This document shows positions 59,071 to 64,000 of a stretch of 64,000 nt of DNA, piece after piece. The DNA lies in NCBI GenBank assembly GCA_963770895.1, contig CAVYRF010000002.1:2880001-2944000 (forward strand), read 5' to 3'. The stretch comes from an uncultured Acidobacteriota bacterium. Its GTDB lineage: Bacteria > Acidobacteriota > Thermoanaerobaculia > Multivoradales > UBA5704. Numbering within the stretch: position 1 is the first letter of the stretch; each line of letters begins with the position of its first letter. A program made the position numbers and the translations under genes. Under the pieces are notes generated by a model. The model saw nothing but the letters and a program-made list of their open reading frames with translations, was not told the DNA's origin and ran no database searches.

Positions 59071-61479
59071 TCAGGCGGCGGTGCGGCGCAGGACGTCGAA
59101 CAGGCGGTCGATGTCCTGCTGGTCGTTGTACAGGTGCGGCGCGATGCGGATGGAGTCGCCGCGGATGCTGACGTGGACCCTGGCGTCGCGCAGCGCCTGG
59201 GGCAGGGCGGCGGCAAGGCCGCCGCGCGGGCGGACGCCGATCATGTGGGCGGAGCGCTCCGCCGCCGGCAGGATGCCGTAGCCCAGGTCGGCGGCGTGCT
59301 GCGCGGCGCGGTCGGTGAGCGGCTTGAGCGCCGCTTCGATGGCGGGCACGCCCCAGGCGAGCAGCTGGCGCAGGGCGGCGATCGCCATCGGCGCCAGGAC
59401 GAACTGGGGGAACTCGCCCATGTCGAAGCGGCGGGCGCCGGGGCGGTAGGCGTCGGTGTACAGCGTGAGGCTGGAGAAGTCTTCGCTGCCGGCGCGCGCC
59501 AGCCACGAATGCTCCAGCGGCACGCCGGCGTTGCGCCACCTGGGGGCGGCGTACAGGTAGCCCAGGCCGTAGGGGCCGAGCAGCCATTTGTAGCCGACGG
59601 CGACCAGGAAGTCGGGTTGCACGGCGGCCAGGTCCAGGACGCCGGCGCCGAGAAACTGGCTGGCGTCGACCACCAAGGCGGCGCCGACGGCGCGGGCGCG
59701 GGCGCCGACCGCGGCGAGATCGACCCTGCTGCCGTCGGTCCAGTGGCAGGGAGGCACGGCGACGATCGCCGTCCTGTCGTCGATGGCGCGCAGCAGGGCG
59801 GCGGTCCAGCTCTCGCCGTCCTGGCGGAGCGCCGTCACCACCTGCCCCTGGCGCTTCTGGGCCAGCTCGCGCCACGCGTACACGTTGGACGGGAACTGTT
59901 GATCCAGCACGACGATGGTCTGGCCGGCGGCGCAAGGCAGGTTGGCGGCGGCGACCGCGATGCCGTAGCTGGCGGCGGGCACCAGTGCCACGCCGTCGGC
60001 GTCTGCCCCCATGACCTGCGCCGCCAGGCCGCGCAGCTCTTCGGCGCCGGTGAACCACTCCGCCGACGACAGGCGCCAGGGCGCCGCCTTGGCCCTGACC
60101 GCATCCAGGCCCGCGGCGGTCACCGCCCGCAGCTGCGGCGCCATGTTGGCGCAGTTGAGGAACGTCACGCCGTCGGGGATCTCAAACAGGCCGCGGGCGG
60201 GAGCCAGGACCGCCGACGCCGACGCCCGCGCCGACGAGGCGGGCGGCCCAGCCGCGCCGGACGCCGCGCCGTCGGCAGCGACGGTTGCGCCGGGTGCGGC
60301 GGTGCCGGCCGGCACGGCGACGCGGGCCGGCTGGGTGATCGCCTGGTTGATGGCGGCCAGGCAGCGGTCGATCTCGTCTTCGGTGTTGTAGAAATGCGGT
60401 GCGATGCGCAGGCGGCCGGCGCGCGCGGCGGTGACGATGCGCTGCTCCAGGAGCCGGTCGACCAGGGTCTGGGCGGCGATCGTGGGATGGGTGGCGGTGA
60501 CGATGCCCGACGTTTCGCCGGCACGGCGCGGGGCGGCCAGCCGCAGGCCGCAGGCGGTCAAGCCGGCGGCGGCGCGCTCGGCCAGGGCCAGCACGCGTGC
60601 TTCGATGGCGGCGGCGCCGGCGGCCAGCAGCAGGTCGAGCGAGCCGCCCAGGCCGTGCACGCCGTAGGTGTTGAGGGTGCCGCTTTCCAGCCGCTTGGCG
60701 CCGTCCGCCCAATCGACGTCGAATTCGGTCCACGCCAGCATGTCGCGCATCGAGCGCCAGCCGCTGCGGGTCGGGCGCAAGCGCTCGATCACGCGGTCGG
60801 ACACATAGAGCAGGGCGATGCCCTCGGGGCCGAGCAGCCATTTGTGGGCGGAGGCCGCGGCGACGTCCACCAGGTCGCGCTCCACGTCGAAGGCCAGGGC
60901 GCCCAGCCCCTGGATGGCGTCCACCACGAACAGCGCATCCGCCGCGCGGCAGGCGGCGCCGATGCGCGCCAGGTCGTGGCGGAAGCCGGTCGCGTACTGC
61001 ACCCACGACAGGGCCACCGCGCGGGTGCGTCCGTCGATGGCGGCGACGACCTCCGCCGGGTCGATGCGCCCCTCCCGCTCCGCCACGACGCGGTATTCCA
61101 CGCCGCGGTCGGCCAGGTGCATCCACGGATAGACGTTGGATGGAAAGTCGCCGGCGGCGCCGACCACGTTGTCGCCCGGCCGCCAATCCAGCCCCTCGGC
61201 CACCGCCGACAGCGCGGTGGAGGTGTTTTCTACGAACGCCACCTCCTGCGGCCGCCGCGCGCCCAGCAGGCGCGCCCCGAGCGCCCGCACGCGCTCCGCC
61301 TCGTCGTTGCGCTGCGGCCACTGGCGATCGCCGGACGCCGCGACCGACGCCGCCAGGGCGCCCATCCTTTGGGCGGCGCGCCCGGCGAGCGGACCGATGC
61401 CGGCGTGGTTCAGGTAGAACCACTGGCGGGTGACCGGGAACTCATCTCTCCAGGAGGCGATCGCGTCGGTTGGCATCAT
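59071..61479 (-). CDS. Tandem fusion of two class-V PLP aminotransferase (NifS/SufS/kynureninase-like) domains
   Basis: Domain 1: YLNHAG, VDAIQG, SAHKWLLGP, RIAPHFYN. Ala-rich linker. Domain 2: FLNCAN, VDASQ, GYKWLLGP, RIAPHLYN. Confidence 0.88.
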   Translation of the reverse strand: MMPTDAIASWRDEFPVTRQWFYLNHAGIGPLAGRAAQRMGALAASVAASGDRQWPQRNDEAERVRALGARLLGARRPQEVAFVENTSTALSAVAEGLDWRPGDNVVGAAGDFPSNVYPWMHLADRGVEYRVVAEREGRIDPAEVVAAIDGRTRAVALSWVQYATGFRHDLARIGAACRAADALFVVDAIQGLGALAFDVERDLVDVAAASAHKWLLGPEGIALLYVSDRVIERLRPTRSGWRSMRDMLAWTEFDVDWADGAKRLESGTLNTYGVHGLGGSLDLLLAAGAAAIEARVLALAERAAAGLTACGLRLAAPRRAGETSGIVTATHPTIAAQTLVDRLLEQRIVTAARAGRLRIAPHFYNTEDEIDRCLAAINQAITQPARVAVPAGTAAPGATVAADGAASGAAGPPASSARASASAVLAPARGLFEIPDGVTFLNCANMAPQLRAVTAAGLDAVRAKAAPWRLSSAEWFTGAEELRGLAAQVMGADADGVALVPAASYGIAVAAANLPCAAGQTIVVLDQQFPSNVYAWRELAQKRQGQVVTALRQDGESWTAALLRAIDDRTAIVAVPPCHWTDGSRVDLAAVGARARAVGAALVVDASQFLGAGVLDLAAVQPDFLVAVGYKWLLGPYGLGYLYAAPRWRNAGVPLEHSWLARAGSEDFSSLTLYTDAYRPGARRFDMGEFPQFVLAPMAIAALRQLLAWGVPAIEAALKPLTDRAAQHAADLGYGILPAAERSAHMIGVRPRGGLAAALPQALRDARVHVSIRGDSIRIAPHLYNDQQDIDRLFDVLRRTAA

Positions 61480-61627
61480 CCCTCTCGCTCTCGATCAGGC
61501 ATCAGGCCCGGGAATAAACCACTCGCTTCGCAGTCTGACACAGTGACATGAAGACCACCTCGCGCAGCGCGCAGCGCACGCTCGTCACCGACCGGCGCCC
61601 GCGCCCTTGTGTTAGCATCCGCTTGTA

Positions 61628-61969
61628 ATGTCCCGACTGCGCGCTGTCCTGCTGCTTTCGCTGCTGGTGCTGCCGCTGGCGCGGGGCAACGCGTTTGGCG
61701 GACGGACCTCCGGCGACACCGGCGACGGCTGCACCATGAGCTGCTGCCGCGCCGGCGCGCACATGCCGGCGGCGTCGGCGTGCGCGGTCCGGCATGCCAG
61801 CTGCCTGCCGCGCCCGGCGGCGGCGTCCCTGTCGGCTTTGCCGCCGTTGGTGGCGCCCGCCGCAACGCGGCTGGTTGCGCCGGCCGCCAGCGGCACCCTC
61901 GACCGCGGCACCGTGGGCTGCCCGCTGCCCGCCTTTGCCGGTCCCCCCGACCAGCCGCCTCGCGGCTGA
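61628..61969 (+). CDS. Cys-rich exported leader ORF with Pro-rich C-terminus (CutF/CruR/DUF2946-like)
   Basis: Signal-like N-terminus, GCTMSCCRAGAHMPAASACAVRHASC, C-terminal GPPDQPPRG; TGtTAGCAT -10 upstream. Confidence 0.65.
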   Translation: MSRLRAVLLLSLLVLPLARGNAFGGRTSGDTGDGCTMSCCRAGAHMPAASACAVRHASCLPRPAAASLSALPPLVAPAATRLVAPAASGTLDRGTVGCPLPAFAGPPDQPPRG

Positions 61970-62017
61970 CCGCCAGCTCCCACAGACCGAAGCGTTCCTG
62001 CTGCCCGGTGGCCGGCC

Positions 62018-62071
62018 GGCGCGATCTCCATCGCGTCCCTGCCAGGCGCGACGTCCATCGTGTCCATGCCA
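62018..62071. repeat. 27-bp tandem duplication in the leader/OMP intergenic region
   Basis: GGCGCGATCTCCATCGCGTCCCTGCCA / GGCGCGACGTCCATCGTGTCCATGCCA (23/27). Confidence 0.75.
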
Positions 62072-62127
62072 TGCGGGTGCCTGCTCAACTGTCTGGCGGC
62101 CTCCCTGGGGGAGGCGGGGGATCGATC

Positions 62128-63207
62128 ATGTTTTCCATCGTGTGCGTTGCACGCTTGCGTTCGTTTGTTCGCCGCCGCCGAACGCTGGCTACGGCCGGCG
62201 CGGCCGGCGCGGCAGGCCTGGCCCGCCTGGCCGTGGCGGCATGTGCCGCGGCGCTTCTGGCGGCGCCGGGCGCGGCCTGGGGCTGTGCCTGCGGCTGCGG
62301 CATCTTCGACGTCGGCGCCAGCACCTACATGGCGTCCGACTCCGACAGCGGCTGGTCGATTTCGCTGCAGTACAGCTACATGAACCAGAACCACAACGGC
62401 GAGGGTGCGTCGCGCGGTGCCGCGGCGGACAACCAGGACAAGGACCTCAAGAGCAGCTTTTACTTTCTCGGCGTGCAATACATGTTCAATCGCAGCTGGA
62501 GCATGATGCTGGAGCTGCCGGTCGTCAACCGGTCGCTCACCACGACGGACGACGGCACCGTGTTCGGGCCCGCCGGCAGCATCTATACCGGCCGCATCAC
62601 GGACCTGGGCGACCTGCAGATCATGGGCCTGTATTCGGGCCTTTCAGCCGACCTGTCGACGGTGTTGCTGTTCGGCGTGCAGCTGCCCACCGGCAACTAC
62701 ACCGGTCCCACCGGGCCGCTCGGCGGCCAGGAGATCGACCGCGATTCGCTGCCCGGATCGGGTGCCACCGAACCGCTCCTGGGCTTCTACCACGTCGGCG
62801 GCCTGAGCGCCGACAACAGCCTGGCCTGGTACGTACAGGGCCGCTACGAATTCGCCGTGGCCACGCGCAACGACTACCGTCCGGGCAACGAGTTTGACGG
62901 CGCGCTGGGGCTTACCTACAACTTTGGCAAGGTGGGACCCCTCACCAAGCTGGCGCCGGTGCTCAGCCTGCTGGGCAGCCAGCGGGCGCACGACAGCGGC
63001 CTGAATGCCGATCCGCCCAACTCCGGCTACGGCCGCCTGCTGATCGCGCCCGGCATCGACCTGCGCGTCAACAAGATCAGGATCTACGGCGACGTGGAGC
63101 TGCCGATCTATCAGAACGTCAACGCCGCCGACTTTGCGATCACCGGCAACTCAGGCCAGCTGGAAACCTCGGTGGCGTTCAAGCTCCAGGTTGCCTACGA
63201 TTTTTGA
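62128..63207 (+). CDS. Outer-membrane beta-barrel with N-terminal CACGC motif (MetA-pathway/SphA-like transporter)
   Basis: Signal peptide, mature N-terminus CACGCG, GDL and LPTG motifs, amphipathic strands, C-terminal VAYDF. Confidence 0.78.
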   Translation: MFSIVCVARLRSFVRRRRTLATAGAAGAAGLARLAVAACAAALLAAPGAAWGCACGCGIFDVGASTYMASDSDSGWSISLQYSYMNQNHNGEGASRGAAADNQDKDLKSSFYFLGVQYMFNRSWSMMLELPVVNRSLTTTDDGTVFGPAGSIYTGRITDLGDLQIMGLYSGLSADLSTVLLFGVQLPTGNYTGPTGPLGGQEIDRDSLPGSGATEPLLGFYHVGGLSADNSLAWYVQGRYEFAVATRNDYRPGNEFDGALGLTYNFGKVGPLTKLAPVLSLLGSQRAHDSGLNADPPNSGYGRLLIAPGIDLRVNKIRIYGDVELPIYQNVNAADFAITGNSGQLETSVAFKLQVAYDF

Positions 63208-63249
63208 ACGCATCCGGCCGCGCCGCGGATCACGACCTTGGAGAACCTC

Positions 63250-63780
63250 ATGCGTACACCTGTTCGCGTCTTCGTCGTCGCTGCCGCGATGGCGGCCGCC
63301 GCGTTGCTGACGGCGCCGGCATTCGGTCCCGTTGCAGCGCGGGCGGCTGCCGGCCCCCAGCCCCCCGAGCTTGTCGTGGCGACCGTGCATGGTGACACCT
63401 TCGATCTGGCGGCGCTGCGCGGCCGGGTGGTGCTGGTCAACTTCTGGGCCACATGGTGCGCGCCCTGCCGCCAGGAGATGCCGGCACTCGACGCCTTTTA
63501 CAAGAGCTATCACGCGCGGGGCGTCGAGCTGATCGGCGTCAGCGCCGACAAGAAGCGGGATGCCGCCGAGGTGCGCAAGGTGGCGGCGGGGGTCGGTTAC
63601 CCGGTGGCCATGGCCAGCGAAGCGACCAAGAACAGCTTCGGCGCGCCGAGCGCGCTCCCGGTCACCTACCTCATCGACCGCACCGGCGCCGTGCGCGCCG
63701 AGCTGCGGCCCAAGTCCGCGCCGCTCACCGCGGACGACCTGGCCGCAGCGGTTTCGCCGCTGCTGTCCGCAACCCCCTGA
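63250..63780 (+). CDS. TlpA-family disulfide reductase
   Basis: GGAG RBS, signal peptide, VNFWATWCAPCRQEMP, LPVTYLIDRTG. Confidence 0.92.
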   Translation: MRTPVRVFVVAAAMAAAALLTAPAFGPVAARAAAGPQPPELVVATVHGDTFDLAALRGRVVLVNFWATWCAPCRQEMPALDAFYKSYHARGVELIGVSADKKRDAAEVRKVAAGVGYPVAMASEATKNSFGAPSALPVTYLIDRTGAVRAELRPKSAPLTADDLAAAVSPLLSATP

Positions 63781-63855
63781 CCCGCCGCGGCGCGCCGCCG
63801 CCGCGCGGCGGTGGATCGGGCGCGGCAACGGCGGGTGAGCTGGCGGCCGGGTCGG

Positions 63856-64000
63856 TCAGGTCAGGACGCGCTTTTCGAAAAAGCGCAGGCCGACCGCGAG
63901 CAGCGCGGCCAGGCCGGCGGTGAGCAGGCCGAAGACCGCGATCACCGGCATGTGCGGCACTTGCGGCGCCAGGGCCGCGCGCAGCCCTTCGCTCATGTAG
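63856..64000 (-). CDS. ABC-2 permease, C-terminal fragment (gene starts beyond the window)
   Basis: YMSEGLRAALAPQVPHMPVIAVFGLLTAGLAALLAVGLRFFEKRVLT-stop. Confidence 0.7.
   Translation of the reverse strand, partial: YMSEGLRAALAPQVPHMPVIAVFGLLTAGLAALLAVGLRFFEKRVLT

Overview
Very GC-rich bacterial chromosomal segment of a diderm organism (LolC/E-type permease, outer-membrane barrel, periplasmic proteins). Acidobacteriota, possibly Thermoanaerobaculia, is my tentative inference from gene content. Most of the window is housekeeping or metabolic: aroF-carA-lolC/E, an ECF sigma/anti-sigma/Spy-like operon, luxE/luxC-like fatty-acid reductase genes around an acyl-CoA oxidase, uvrA, PBP1B, ABC-F, an ABC/DesKR module, a RluA-family synthase, an NrtA/SsuA-like ABC importer, a hybrid kinase, a mycobacterial Sdh1-type operon, tal/zwf and ExeA/GspB. 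The strongest candidate for an undescribed system is at 1-4521: a secreted pro-peptide ending in a two-Cys loop (CDGGSMLDPNGHC) lies among three related TPR proteins, two of them XRE-HTH-TPR regulators, resembling RRNPP peptide signalling. Elements missing from the ORF track include an orphan double-glycine RiPP precursor (41779-41934), a CTAG-flanked MITE whose pre-insertion state can be reconstructed (10940-11106), a candidate CCUCC-rich sRNA (about 10175-10248) and a dispersed REP-like repeat. There is also a CutF/CruR-like Cys-rich leader ORF (61628-61969), three lower-GC two-gene cassettes that may be defence or toxin-antitoxin modules, and a tandem fusion of two class-V aminotransferases. 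No tRNA, rRNA, CRISPR array or transposase was recognised. All assignments come from reading motifs by eye; no database searches were run.
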